Source: Callorhinchus milii (Eukaryota). Taken from it: DNA of 64,000 nucleotides. A program made the translations under genes and the position numbers. The notes below the pieces were generated by a model. It made no database searches. It was not told where the DNA came from and was given only the letters and a program-made list of their open reading frames with translations. Shown here in pieces: positions 1-13,135 of this stretch. How positions within the stretch are numbered: the stretch's first letter is position 1; each line of letters opens with the position of its first letter. The DNA is taken from assembly GCF_018977255.1 (NCBI RefSeq), contig NW_024704742.1:129768001-129832000 (forward strand), written 5' to 3'.

Positions 1-115
1 CCCCAGAGTGTGCTTTGGGTACTGCTGGAGTCTAAACAACATTCAAATGTTTAATATTTACCGTTCAATTGAAGCTCAGTTCAATTATATGCTCAGTTTA
101 CATTTGGTAATTTAC

Positions 116-194
116 CTTTGCAGCACAAGTCCAACCACAGCGCCAACAACGACAATACCGAAGAGACATCCGAACACAATTGCAACAGTTGTGC
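116..194 (-). CDS. Kunitz gene exon 5: transmembrane helix
   Basis: GTTVAIVFGCLFGIVVVGAVVGLVLQ; acceptor tttctctttccag, donor AAG|GTAAAT; 79 nt, ends in phase 2. Confidence 0.88.
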
Positions 195-1293
195 CTGGAA
201 AGAGAAATTGTACAAGTTAAGGGCTGTTATTTCCACTGTTATAGGTTTGCAAGGACAGGCTCACTGGACAAATCCCCTTACTCACTAATCAAAGTGACTA
301 CATTATAGGAGGAAGGATTTGTGATGAATTGAATCAAGAGAGAAGTGGAAGTCTAGTGTTGATGTTTTTTGTCCCTTGTGTTGTCATGTGTGAGTGAGAA
401 GGAATGGATTTAGAGAATATCATTGTCTTGAACCTAAAGATGTCATTTCAAAAAGAATGTGTTACAATAGCACATTCAGACGGTTGAAGTGGCTGCATTA
501 ATATAACAGTGATGGCATAGAATTACATGGATTTCCTGTTGTTGTGAATATTGCAAGTGGGACAGACAACGACAAGGCCAATCGAGCTATACAATGAAAT
601 CTGTGGATCTTCCAGTTTGGTTTAAAGAAAATACATTACGATCATCAAACAAATTCAAAATCTTCCGATGATTTAAAAATACCTGAGATACAACCATACA
701 TCTACTCCAATGGTACAAAGCAACACATTTATTTTATTGTCTTGGCAATGTGATAAGGGCACTACACCAAATGCAATAATTATTTATTACATTTCTGTCC
801 TACCCATAGAGCTGGGAAACAGAGCCAGAGCAAAAATTCTTCCATACTTAATAAGATTGGGAACTGTGATCATTAAAAAATAATAATCCTTGCATTTGAT
901 ACAGTGCTTTCACATTGGGAAGACGTCTCAAAATGCTTTGCAGCATTTACTGTAAAGTAAAGTGACTGTGTGCTGTGCAGTCATTCAGCTAGTTTGAAAT
1001 AGAAAGATAATTTTGCCTTGTCATTTTACCCCATATTTACCATTTGGCTTCTTTTTAGAATTGTGTACAATTTATGCTATGTTTGTGCCAATTGGAAGAA
1101 ATTGCTGTAATATTGTGTGTGGCTGCTAAGCCAGTGTAATTCATCATCTATGAAGCTGTGTGGTTCCCCCAGCATAGCAGATAATACCGAATGTTTGCAT
1201 CTTAGTGTATGTACAAGTGTTTGCAAATTGTGGTTAACAACTGTTGTATTTCTTTTCTGGCTAAGTGGCTGGGTTCTTCCAAAACACTTACTG

Positions 1294-1627
1294 TAATAGT
1301 AATAATCCTTGCTTTTGATATATCACATCTTCTAGACATCTCAAAGCGATTCCCAGAAAATATGATAACGTGAATTGACTATATTTTGTGGGTGAAACGC
1401 GGCAGTCAATTGCGCAAAGCAGTGTCCCACAAACTGCTGTGGATTGAGTGACCAAGTTATTATTATTTGTATTATTATTAACCCTGGAAAGTGAACTGCC
1501 AATCGACTAACAAGTGGGTTCCTACTTGCTGCTAGGTAAACAGAGGCACGTGTGTGGAGTAAGGAAACTTGCCTAAGGAATCGAACCCGGATACTTTTGC
1601 TTGTGAGGTGAGTGCTCTAATCACTAC
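1294..1627 (-). mobile_element. tRNA-SINE (same family); further partial or whole copies near 3300-3528(-), 3655-3905(+), 7975-8290(-), 21410-21610, 25150-25350(+), 25455-25630(-), 33657-33851(+), 50409-50713(+), 53270-53420(+), 58144-58432(-)
   Basis: Shared body and tail sequence. Confidence 0.85.
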
Positions 1628-1692
1628 CCTTCAGCAATGACTGTGACTAATACTGTATTAAAGTCAGGTTGTCTGTGTCCTTATTACTGTAC

Positions 1693-1752
1693 CTGCATCC
1701 GAGTCAGAAACATCTTGTGGTATCTCTTCTGCGCCACCTCTTCCAGATCGAA
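1693..1752 (-). CDS. Kunitz gene exon 4: acidic juxtamembrane stalk
   Basis: VRSGRGGAEEIPQDVSDSDA; pyrimidine tract plus AAG acceptor, donor CAG|GTACAG; 60 nt, phase 1-1, compatible with both neighbours. Confidence 0.75.
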
Positions 1753-4131
1753 CTTCACATGGATAAAACAGAGAAAGCATCACTTTCAAAATTCAGAGCA
1801 CAAACAATACAATTCACATTTATGCAGCACCTTTCACAGGGTTAGGGGGATGTCTCAAAGCCCTTAACGCTGCTTTGAACTTGAGCTGGTGGCGGGAGTC
1901 AAAGGGGACAGGTAGGCGAAAGATGACCGAAAGTGTGGTCAAAGAGGTACATCTTGAAATGGATCTTGAACAAGGTGAGGGCGGGAGTGAACAGACTAAG
2001 AGGCTAGCAAAACAAACTACTCTCATTACTTTTTTTTCAGCTGGATTCCCTCTTTCCCCCTCCCACCCACCCACCCCAGTCCGAATTAGTTAAATACGAA
2101 ACATCCCAAACATTAAGTACAGTGCCTTGACACACGGCCTTGACATGGTCCCTAAGGGTTAGGGCACTCAAATGTCCCATATGAAATTCTGACCCCCTTC
2201 AAACTACCAGAAGACAATGCAGGCAGTTTCAGTTTGGTTCAGTTAAATAAACATTATGACAATCGCCACATGATCAGTCGGATCCACTTTTAGCACCACC
2301 CTCTGTCTCCCTCACTCCCCCAGCATGGTTGAGGTCCAAATTTAATAACAATACTAATCTTTACAATCCTAGTATTTATATAGTGCTTTTCATGTGAGGA
2401 GGACGTCCCAAAACACTTCACAAGATATACTGTAAAGTGGAGTAACTGTATTTGTGAGCGAATATGGCAGCCAATTTGTGCACAGCAATGTCCCACCAAC
2501 AGCCATGACGTGAACGGTCGATTTTATTTTAGGAGATTTGATGGTCGAAAATTTGCTAGAAAATCTTTGTGGGTTTCAGTCAGGTTGTTAAGAAAACATT
2601 TTGTGGACAGATAATCTCCATTCAACATTCAAGTACTGCATATCTAATGGTTAATCATTCCAAAGAGATACATTAATGGTCACTGTTGTGACTACATTGT
2701 GATTTCCACTGTGCAGTTTGAAACTTCCATGAGCATTAGCGAACAGTCACTGAAATCAGCAATGACTTTCAGTTGAGGAGCAAAAACGTACTTGAATGTC
2801 CATTGCCATCTAGTGTTTCAGCAGAGAACTCATAAAAAAATTACCTCAATTAAGATTTGTTTGGAATCAGATGCGTGTTTGACGCATGCAGAAACTCACC
2901 ACCCAAGGTTAAGAGTATCCAAACCAGACTGAAAGTTCTATATATGTATGAAAATTTCAGTTAGTGTGGTAAGAGTGTGGTAAGCACTCTGATTAGCTGC
3001 CCCGCATGAAGGGCACTATGTAAATGCAAATTGTTGTTGCACTGTTTCTCTGGTGGGGCTCATTTTGATTGAGTGCTTTTCCCATCAGTGTGACTTCTCA
3101 AAGGGCTTCACGGGATTTACTGTAAAGAAGTGACTTTGTACGTGAGTGCGACAGCCAATTTGTGCACAGTATTGTCCCCATAAGTAGCCATGAAGTGAAT
3201 GACCATTTCCGGGGAATTTGGGTGCAAGTTGGCAAAGGCTTGGGGGACCCAGGATGTGTATAGGGAGGGACACTCATGGAGTATAACCAACTAAAACCAT
3301 GCAATTTGGTGGATTGAGTGACGATATTATTATTTTTTTTTGGAAGGATTATTACCACCGGAAAGCGATCCACAAATCGACTAACAACCAGGTTCCTATT
3401 TACAACTAGATAAACAGAGGCGTGTGCAATAAGGAAACTTGCCTAAGGTTTCGCCCTGCCCGGGAATTAAACCTGGGTCCTCTGGCTTGTGAGGCGAGCT
3501 CGCTAACCACTACGCTATGGGATTCCACAGGAGGGCGCCTCAAACTGCTTTACACAGTTGGCTGGGAGGCCAAGTATTTGGAAATGAATTAGTACTGCGA
3601 TTGATTGCAAAATTTTGAAAATAAATAAATAAACAAATGAATTAATGACTAAAAATAATAACTTGGTCACTCAATCCAAGATTATTTGCGGGACACCGCT
3701 GTGCACAATTGGATGCCACAAATCGCCCACAAAATGTACAGTCAATTCACTTTACAGTGTGTTCTGTGAAGCGCTTTGGGACGTCCTCCCGTCGTGAAAA
3801 GCGCTATATCAAATGCAAGGATTATTATTATTATTAATCTGTGAAGCGCTTTGAGATGTCTCGAAAACGTGATAAGGCGCTATGTCAAATACAAAGATTA
3901 TTATTGTAATAATAGTTCCTAGTCATAGAATCGGCAGTTAACGGGAAACATTTTACTCTCAAAATTCTCTTTCGTCCACCAACTGCTGCAGAAGCGCATC
4001 CCTGCCCGATTCCTAAACGTCCATTCCTCAAGAACAGTAGCAATAAGATCCTCGGGGCATTTGTTCTTTACAGCAAACCTCTGAACAATTAAGAATGTAC
4101 AAACATTTTTAAAAAAATATTGAGTATTTAC

Positions 4132-4293
4132 CACAAAGGGTCCTGCATTCATTGCCGGTCGCAAATTGGTTTCCATTGCCATGACAGCCGCTGTAGAAGA
4201 ATGTTTCGCATTTGTTTTGCTCTGCATTGTAGTACCACCTCAAGAGAAAAGCCTTGCAGTCTCCTTTCGCCTTCTCCAGTTTACACTTGGCAT
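4132..4293 (-). CDS. Kunitz gene exon 3: Kunitz domain 2 (6 Cys, P1 Lys)
   Basis: DAKCKLEKAKGDCKAFLLRWYYNAEQNKCETFFYSGCHGNGNQFATGNECRTLC; acceptor ttatgcag, donor GTAAAT; 162 nt, phase 1-1. Confidence 0.95.
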
Positions 4294-5334
4294 CTGCATA
4301 ACAACGTGTGAAAGGAGAAGTTTAGATCACCAAGGGAACTTAACTCTCCAGACTTTTTTTTGTTGAGTTCATAGAAAATTAATAGATTCCTTATCAAGAA
4401 ATATTTCACAGATTAGCAGATTGGAACAAAAAAACAGAAAGTTGTCCAAATGAAAAATGAGGGAGTGATTATTTGGCTGAGGTGGATACATTTCTGTTAG
4501 GTCAGGGTATGAAGTGACATGGGCCAAGGGCGGATAATTGGAGTTGAGACAGATCAGCCATGATCTTATAGAATGGTGGAACAGATTTGAAGGGCTGAAT
4601 GGCCTACTCCTGTTCCTATGATTTGGGATTTTTGAAGCCATTTTAATATTACTAATCACATAGTTATGCAAATGAAATGGGCTCTTGAAAATTCCTGTTG
4701 GTCCAGCCTAGAATTTGTAACAGCTTCAGTCGATCAGAGCTCAGATCAGTTTGTTCCCTGGGTTTTTTTTTATTCATAAATATGAAACATAGTCTTGACC
4801 TTACATTTGTATTGCACAGAGGATAGAATTCCTTAATTTAGAGGTTAGAAGTGTAGAACCATAGAAATGTGCGGCACAGAAAAAAGACTATTGTGTCTGC
4901 ACTAGTTCTTTTAAAGAGCAATTCTTTCACTTTCATTCACCTGCCCTTAGCCCCAATACCCCTTTAGGTTAGAATTGTAAAGCGTTTTATGGATAATGGC
5001 TTCTCATATCTCTTAAAAGCATCAAAAAACAATAAGAAGAATGGATATATTTTTAGCAGTCAATCGCTGTCCTCAAGTTTAGCATACAAATACAAAGAAT
5101 AAAAAATCATGACTTTTATAAACAACAGTGATTACTGAATAGGTTTAATTATTAGTACTTTTGGTATTTTTAAAAAATAGGTATTTAAATATATTTTTTA
5201 TTGAAAGATATAGCAACGATTTTACAGCACTTACAATAAGGATACAACAACAACAACTTGCACTTATAAAGCACCCTCCACGCAGGGTAGCATCTCAGAG
5301 CACTTATGGTGCTCAGAGGATACAGCATAGGTTC

Positions 5335-5738
5335 ACTCGGACGATACCAGGGCTGGCAGATTATTACCATAAAGATAGATTGGAAAGGTAGGCCTTTTAT
5401 CACAGAAGAGATGGTTACGAGGGGACCTAATAGAGGTGTTTACAATTACAATAGGATTTGATGAAGTTAGCATAAAGAGGCTGTTCCCACTTGTTGGGGA
5501 GTTGTAACCAGAGTACACAAGTGTAAGATAAAGACTAGAGGATCTAAAAAAGAATTTAGGAGTATATTCTTCACACAGAGTGAAGAGAAGTTGGAACTTG
5601 TTGTCTGAAGCAGTAGTTGAAGAGGACGGAAATGGAAGGCTATGGGAGTGAGTAAGGAGTAGAGAATAATGTGGAGTATAAACACTACCACAGACTGGTT
5701 GGACCAAACATGTTGTTTCCGTGCTGTATAATCTACAT
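5335..5738 (+). mobile_element. Old CR1 3' fragment abutting the donor of Kunitz exon 2
   Basis: Degenerate RGDLIEVF / FFTQ segments and CR1-type 3' UTR. Confidence 0.75.
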
Positions 5739-5745
5739 AACTTAC

Positions 5746-5952
5746 CACCTTCTGGGAACAGTTTTGTATACTGCTCAGAACAAATTTGTAAACAAATTGT
5801 CTCTGTGTCAAAATTGTTCCCATTGCCTCCATCCCCGTTGTAGAGAAATGGTGAGCATTTGTCCAGATTGGAGTCATAGTACCAATTTATGGATTTTGGT
5901 TTGGAATCTTTCACAGTTCCCATATTCTTTTCCTCATTGCATTCTTTCGCTG
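5746..5952 (-). CDS. Kunitz gene exon 2: Kunitz domain 1 (4 Cys)
   Basis: AAKECNEEKNMGTVKDSKPKSINWYYDSNLDKCSPFLYNGDGGNGNNFDTETICLQICSEQYTKLFPEG; WYY, FxY.G.GGNGNNF and CxxxC motifs; acceptor ttttttctctctcag, donor GTAAGT; 207 nt, phase 1-1. Confidence 0.92.
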
Positions 5953-6804
5953 CTGAGAGAGAAAAAACATATTTTTTGTTAGTGACTAATAGCTGTTAGC
6001 AGTTAAATACTGATAATAATCTTTACATTTGATATAGTGCCTTTCACTGTCCGAGACACAACCCCCTGTAAAGGTCACTATTTAAATGTTGTTCACATCA
6101 GAAGAACGTCTCAAAGTGCTTCACAGTATATACTGTAAAGTGTAGTGATCGTATATTTTGTAGTCAAACCCGGCAGCCAATTTGCACTCAGCTATGTGAT
6201 TTTATATTGTTAGTTACAAACCATGATAAGTAGCTGCTGATTGTCTTGTGCTGTAGAGATATATATAGTACAATATTGTACATAGCGAAATATAACCAGA
6301 TTGTTTTCTTATTAAGTGCCTGTGTGGCTTCCTGTCACAGGGGGGAAAAAAGGCTGCATCTAATTCCTCTCAAATGCACGCCTAAGTATTTATTTTTTAT
6401 GCAAATGGTGAAATGAAGTTTGGCATTGTTACTAATATGGTAATTGGTAAAACAAAGAGTTTGAAAGTAAAACAAAATCCAGGCTTGTTACGGTTCAGTA
6501 GAGGGCAATATCTGCTTGCTGCAGTCAAATCTGATCTCTGTGATTGGGGCAATTTTCATACACTATGCTGAACCCCCAAACTGAAGTAAATGGGTGGCTT
6601 GGAACGCTTCAAAGTAACCTGTAGTTGAAGCCAAAGAATACATCAACAGGTTTAAGAGAAAACTCACACAAGCATACATGTATGAGGGAGAATGTAACAA
6701 AGGGGTATAGGTGAGGGGACCAGGAGTGCTGGAGACTCATATGGAGTATAAGACTCGTTGGGTTGAATGGCCTGTTTCCATGTCCTATCACTCGATTGTA
6801 ACCC

Positions 6805-7632
6805 TTGGCAAGTGGGCAAGAGAATAAGAGAATAGAGAAGTGCGAAGTCATCCGCCTAGGTAGCAAAAACAATAGAGCGGGTTATTTTTTAGAAGGGGAG
6901 AGATTGGAATGTGTTAGCGTCCAGAGGGACTTGGGTGTCCTTGTACACCAATCACAGAAAGTTAGTCTGCAGATGCAGCAGCAATTAGGAAGGCGAACGG
7001 TATGTTAGCATTCATTATGAAAGGATTAGAGTATAAGAGTAGGCAAGTCTTGCTGCAACTGTATAGGGCCCTGGTGAGACCACACCTGGAATACTGTGTG
7101 CAGTTTTGGTCTCCTCATTCAAGGAAGGATGTACTTGCCTTGGAGAGGGTGCAGCGTAGATTTACTAGGTTAGTACCAGGGATGAAGGGGATGAGTTACG
7201 AGGATAGGCTGACCAATTTGGGCCTATATTCTCTGAAATATAGAAGAATTAGAGGGGTTCTTATAGAAACCTATAAGATCATCAAAGGGCATGATAGAGT
7301 AGATAGTGGGAGATTGTTTCCCCTGGTTGGAGAAACTAAAACCAGGGGTCACAACCTTAAAATCAGAGGCCAGCCCTTTCGCACTGAGTTGAGGAAGAAC
7401 TTCTTCACTCAAAGGGTGGTGAATGTATGGAACTTGCTACCCCAAAGGGCTGTTGACGCTCAGTCCACTGAGATAGATATATTTCTTATTGCAAAAGGGA
7501 TTAAGGGATATGGGGATAAGGCAGGGTTATGGTATTAGCTGGAGTTAGATTAGAAGATCAGCCATGATTGAATGGTGGGGCAGGCTCGAAGGGCCGAATG
7601 GCCTACTCCTGCTCCTATATGTTATGTTATGT
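6805..7632 (+). mobile_element. 5'-truncated CR1 LINE
   Basis: LVRPHLEYCVQFWSP...FFTQRVVNVWN; 3' stem plus (TGTTA)n tail; similar to 29900-30724. Confidence 0.92.
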
Positions 7633-9236
7633 TAATAAGGTACATTGTAAAGATGTACATTGTAAAACGGCAGCTAATAAATACACTGAGGGGGAGAAAT
7701 GCAACATTTCATAAGAAATTTGATGTGAAAATTCTCGCAACAAATCTGCAATGGTATTTTACTACATTTATTCCCACCCCATTGAATGTAAGATTGCTGA
7801 GAACTTCTCAGACAATAATGAATTTTTTTCTCAAATAGTCATGCAGTAGACAAAGCATGAAATAAGGTACAGTAAACTCCTAATAACTTGACCCTGGCTT
7901 AACTTATCATTACAATTTAAGTCATCATACTGTCAGTAACCCAGTCACAATTAATAATAATTAATAATCTAGAAAAATAATAATCTTTGCAATTGATATG
8001 GTGCCTTATCACGCCTTTGAGACGTCTCAAAGGCCTTTACTGTATATACTGTAAAGTGAATTGACTGTATATTTTGTGGGTGAAACATGGCACCCAATTG
8101 GGCACAGCAATGTCCCACGAACAGTCGTGGATTGAGTAGCCAAATTATTCTTAGTCTTTTCTTTTTTGGAAGGAATTATTACCCCATGGAAAAGCGATCC
8201 GCCAATTGACTAACATCCAGGTTCCTACTTACTGCTAGATAAACAGAGGGTTGTGGAGTAAGGAAACTCGCTTAACATTTCGTTCTGCCCATTTACAAAG
8301 ATTTATAGCACAAAAAGATTTATTTATATATTTATACATATGCCTAACCCGCCATTCCAGATAATTTATCACTGAGTCCTTTTGCTTTGGAGTGACTAGT
8401 TATCAGGAGTTTACTGTATTGGATCACTTAACAATGATGGTGCAAAGATGGTGGTTAACAGTAGTCCCATCACACTTTATTGTGAAGGAGGAAGAGAAGG
8501 GGATGACAGCCAAGTCAGAAATCCAGAAAGAGCACAAGAGATAAAAATTATCCAAATAACAATGGATATGGTTATAAAAATATTAGAAACTCTTACAGCA
8601 GACTTAAGACTTAGTCTAGGCTGGGGAATTCATACTATAAGCCTCAAAGGCTTATCCATACTATAAGCTTGACATTTTGGAATTTTGCTAAATTGAGAGA
8701 TATTGATGATTGGCAATTTTTTAAGTTAACTCTGTTATTTAAAAAAAATCATGAGAGTTTCCCAGAAGGTTGGGGATTTAAGAACCACGTCAGGACGTTG
8801 AGCTCAACAACAACAACAACAAGATTACATTTGTGTAGTGCCTTTCATCTCAATTGTGTGATATGGTGTTATACCAAATACAAAAAATAATTATACATAA
8901 TAATTTTACAAGGTCTGCCTCAGGTTTTGAAATTATTCATTCTCTGATGATTCAGGTTTATTAATCAGACAAATAAATTTAGCTTTTGCTGGTGGAAATT
9001 GCATGTTTTAAATCAAAACTATGAATTTTTAGAAATGAATTAATTTTCTGAAACATTGGTTTAGTGACAGAAAGGAATTGTCTCAACATTTTATAAAGAA
9101 TAATAATAATTCTTGCATTTAATATAACGCCTGATCAAGTCTTCGTGATGTCTCAAAGCACTTCACAGAATATACAGTAAAGTGAACTGACTGTATATTT
9201 TGACTGTTTGTGCGCACAAGTGTCCCGCAAACAGTC

Positions 9237-10895
9237 GTAGAATCACAGAATCATAGAATTATACAGCACAGAAAGAGGCCATTCTGCCCATCGTGTCTGT
9301 GCTGGCTCTTTGAAAAGAGCTATCCAAATCAATCTCATTTCCCCGCTCTCTCCCTGTAGCCCTACAAATGTGTCCTCCCCAAATAATTATCTACTTCTCT
9401 CTTAAAAGTTGTAATCAAATCGGCTTCCACCATTCTTTCAGGCAATACATTCCAGATCCGAATAGCTTGCTGTGTGAAAAAATTTCTTCTCACCTCCCCT
9501 CTGTTTTGTTTAACAACTATTTTAAATCAGTGCCCTCGGATTACCGACCCATCCAAGAATAGTTTCTCCTTGTTCACCCTATAATTCCCCTCATAATTTA
9601 GAAAACTTCTATTAAGTCTCCTCTTAACCTTCTCTGCTCCAAGGAGAATAATCCTCGCTTCTCCAGCCTCTCCTGATAACTGAAGTCCCTCATTCCTGGT
9701 ACCATTCTGGTAAATCTCCTTTGCACCAACTCCAATGCCTTGACATCGTTCCTAAAGTGTGGTGCCCAGAACTGAACACAGTCTCCAGTTAAGGTCCAAC
9801 CAGTGTTTTATAAAGGTTCATCATAACTTCCTGACTTTTGTATTCTATGCCCCTATTTATAAAGCCTAGTATCCCGTATGCTTTTTTAACAGCTTTATCT
9901 ACCTGTCCTGCCACCTTCAAAGATTTACTTATATGAACTCCAGGTCTCTGTTCCCTCACCCCTTTAAGATTATACATTCAGTTTATATTGCCTCTCCTCC
10001 CAACATGCATCACTTTGCATTTCTCCACATTAAACTTCATCTGCCAATTGTTGCCCATTTTACCAGTCTTCTACTAACCTCGTCACTGTTTACTACTTTC
10101 CTGGCGTAGTATCATCAGCAAACTTGCAAATTGTACTCCCCGTACCCAAGTTCAGGTCATTTTTACAGATCAAAAACATCAGTGGTCCCAATACTGACCT
10201 CTGGGGGACACCACTGCACACTTCCCTCCAGTCAGAAAAATATCTGTTCACCACCACTCTGCTTTCTGTCTCTGAGCCAGTTCTGTATCCATGCTGCCAC
10301 TGTCCCTTTAATACCATGGGCTTCTATTTTGCTTACAAGTCTCTTACTTTATCAAACGCCTTTTGAAAATCCATACAAACTACATCAACGGCACTACCTT
10401 CATCCATCCTCTCCGTTACTTCATAAAAAAACTCTATCAAGTTTATTAGACACAATTTGCCTTTAATAAACCCATGTTAGTTGTCCTTTATTAAGTCATA
10501 TTTATCTCAGTGAAAATTTATTTTTTCCCGAGTTGGAGTCTCGAGAAGTTTCCCCACTATTGACGATAAGCTGACTGGCCTGTAGTTCCTGGATTTATCC
10601 TTCTGCCCCTTTTTGTACAGGGGAGTAACATTTGCAATCCTCCAGTCCTCTGGCACCACACCGGTGTCCAAGGAGGATTGGAAGATTGTGGCCAGAGCAT
10701 TCGTTATTTCCTCCCTTACTTCCCTCAGTAACCCAGGATGCATCCCGTCCGGACCGAGGACTTATCTACCTTGAGCACGGACAACCTGTTTAGTACCTCC
10801 TTTTGGTTTATTCTTATCTTATCTAATTTCTCTACCCTCTCCTCAGATACTGTGGCATTGGCTGCATTTTCTTTTGTGAAGACAGGTGCAAAGTA
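9237..10895 (-). mobile_element. 5'-truncated CR1 LINE (second subfamily)
   Basis: EDWRIANVTPLYKKG, SGVPQRSVLGP, KFADDT, GFINRGIEYKS; (TTCTRTGA)n tail. Confidence 0.92.
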
Positions 10896-11383
10896 CATCA
10901 GCCAAGCCCCCTCCTCCACAAGTCCACAAGTCGCGGATCGAGTGACCAAATTTATTGCCCTTCGAGATTTGTGATGAATTTCTGTGCACTTGCTCTAGTC
11001 ATCCTGTCTGTGGCAGTGTGTAGCATTGTATCTACGCACACACCTGCCTGTTATTTTTTTCAGTTGAGCTGATAGACATGTTCAAAGTTGTGTTGTTGCG
11101 GGTTTGAAATGCAAATATTATTTTAAGCTTGATTTATGCACAACACCCTGTGCACAAATTAAAGTGGAAAATACTGCGTGGGAGAAACTTGTTCCAAATA
11201 AAACAGCCATTCACTTCATGGCTGTTTGTGGGACAATGTTGGTCGCAAATTGTCTACCGTGTTTCCTTACAATATAGAGTCACTGCACATTAGAGTGTAC
11301 CCTTTGAAGAGCTTCGAGAAATTTTCCGACGTGAAAGGTACTATATCAAATGTGAGGATTTTGATTATTATTATTAACGTTGT

Positions 11384-11527
11384 TACAATTTAGATCACTC
11401 CGTAGAGATAGTTCTAAATGGTTTTCAATAATGAGTCAGCAAGATCAATAACACTGCCACTTTACACTTGAATGGATGCTACTTTTCTTAGTATTCCCAA
11501 AATAACTACTTTCTACAGAAAGTGCAC
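11384..11527 (-). mobile_element. Third, more decayed R4/Dong-like relic
   Basis: Similar to 38195-38300 (TTACAATTTAGATCACTC...TTTTCAATAATGAGTCAGCAAGATCAATAACACTG...TGAATGGATG); flanked by TTA repeats on both sides. Confidence 0.6.
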
Positions 11528-13135
11528 ATTATTATTATTACAAATACATTAGTTTATTGGCAGCTGACTGTTTTTGATTTAAGTTATTTTTAAAATGTGC
11601 AGGTTATCAGAAGCTATCGGAAACTCTTAAATCCATTGTCACAATTTCAACCACATTTTTTGTGCGTGAAAGTAAGTCCCTGTTTATTTTCTTCTCAATT
11701 GTTCTGTCCCTACTCCTCGTTTCCTGGCTTCCCTTGCCTTGCGCACAATGTTCATTGACACAACACTCTCCAAAAATGACACTCGCAGACATAGGAGACA
11801 GAAAAGAAGTCTGGAGCAAGTCTCCCTCCCTCCCGCTTTCCCTTTGGGTCTCTGCCCTACACTTCTCCACAGCCACATGGCTATCAAGAAAAAAAAACGG
11901 GCAAAACCATATTCTGCCAACCTACAACTCAGCTCAATTCATTATCACTCCAGGTAAAAACGAGCTGAAATTAAAAAAATTGGTAAAAGATTTGTGTGTG
12001 TGTATGTGTGCGGGTTGGGTGGGTGAGATGGGGGGGTGGTTAGATTTTAATTAATAGCTTTCAAAAGGGAATTGAATAAAGGGATTTGGGAAAGGAAAAA
12101 ATATGCAAAATATGGGGAAAATCAAAGGCAGGCAAATGGAGCTAAGTGAACAGATCTTTTCAGAGATCCATCGCAGAGATGGGCTGAGTGACAACTCTCC
12201 CCCCAACCACTTCTGTGCTGTTAAACTGTGTCATTCCATGAAGATCGAACGTGACTGACAATGCCCTGATAAACTAAAGCTGCCATGTTGGGTGGGACCT
12301 CCAGTGCACAGTGCTCTAAATGGACGTTCACAAGATCAAAGGATTGTGATCACAAGATCAATCTGGATGAAGAAGGCTCATCTGATCTCATCCCTCCACA
12401 GGTTTCACTCCCCCACTCCTGGGGAGGTCTTAGTCTCAGCCACAGATTCTTGTGAAAATAATAATAATTCTTGTATTTGATCTAGTGTCTTATCATGACA
12501 TCGAGACGTCACAAAACGCTTCACAGAATATACTGTAAAGTGGATCGACTGTTTTTTTTATGGGTGAAATGAGAATACAATGAGCAAAGGAGCAGATGCT
12601 TTCTCTACAGGGAGAGAGGCTCCTAACCCTGCGACTTTTGCCTTTTGCTAGGAGGTTGAGAGCTGCATTCGTCAAAGCCTGGGAACTGGCCGCCACTCTT
12701 GGTGGAAGCAGAAAGTGTTGTTTGTTTAGAGAACAAATTAGATAGATTTCTGCTGGAAAATAATATCTCGGGATAAAGTACATAGTTTGGGAAATGACAT
12801 GTCACACGACTGCCAGTATGGTGGAAGGTGAGCTGGATGGACCTTGGTCTTCGTTTGCCTAGCAAATTCTTTTGTTCTTTCGTTCTTATTCTGACCCACC
12901 CATCCTGATTTCTCAACCACCGAATGACTCAGGAAGACCAAAGCAAAGGAAAGATTAGGGAACCAAAGGTTGAATTACATCTCATCTTTGCCCAGCCCAG
13001 GAGCAAAAAATCAACCAAGATGTTCCTTCCTGATTAATTTTAAACACTTTGCCACTGACTTGTACAATGAGTCATCCTCTGTACGGGTTGGTGTTCCTAA
13101 CAGACAGTGAATTGCCATTCTTATACTAGGCGCAC

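Noticed and set aside
5333..5923. 196-aa ORF with a Kunitz N-terminus read as a single-exon gene
   Set aside because: Only 5746-5952 is exon; the rest is read-through into an antisense CR1 fragment past a GTAAGT donor
12590..12887. GC-richer block that might be an exon or conserved element
   Set aside because: Ends in a CR1-type 3' stem and TTCTT-repeat tail, so most likely a retroelement relic
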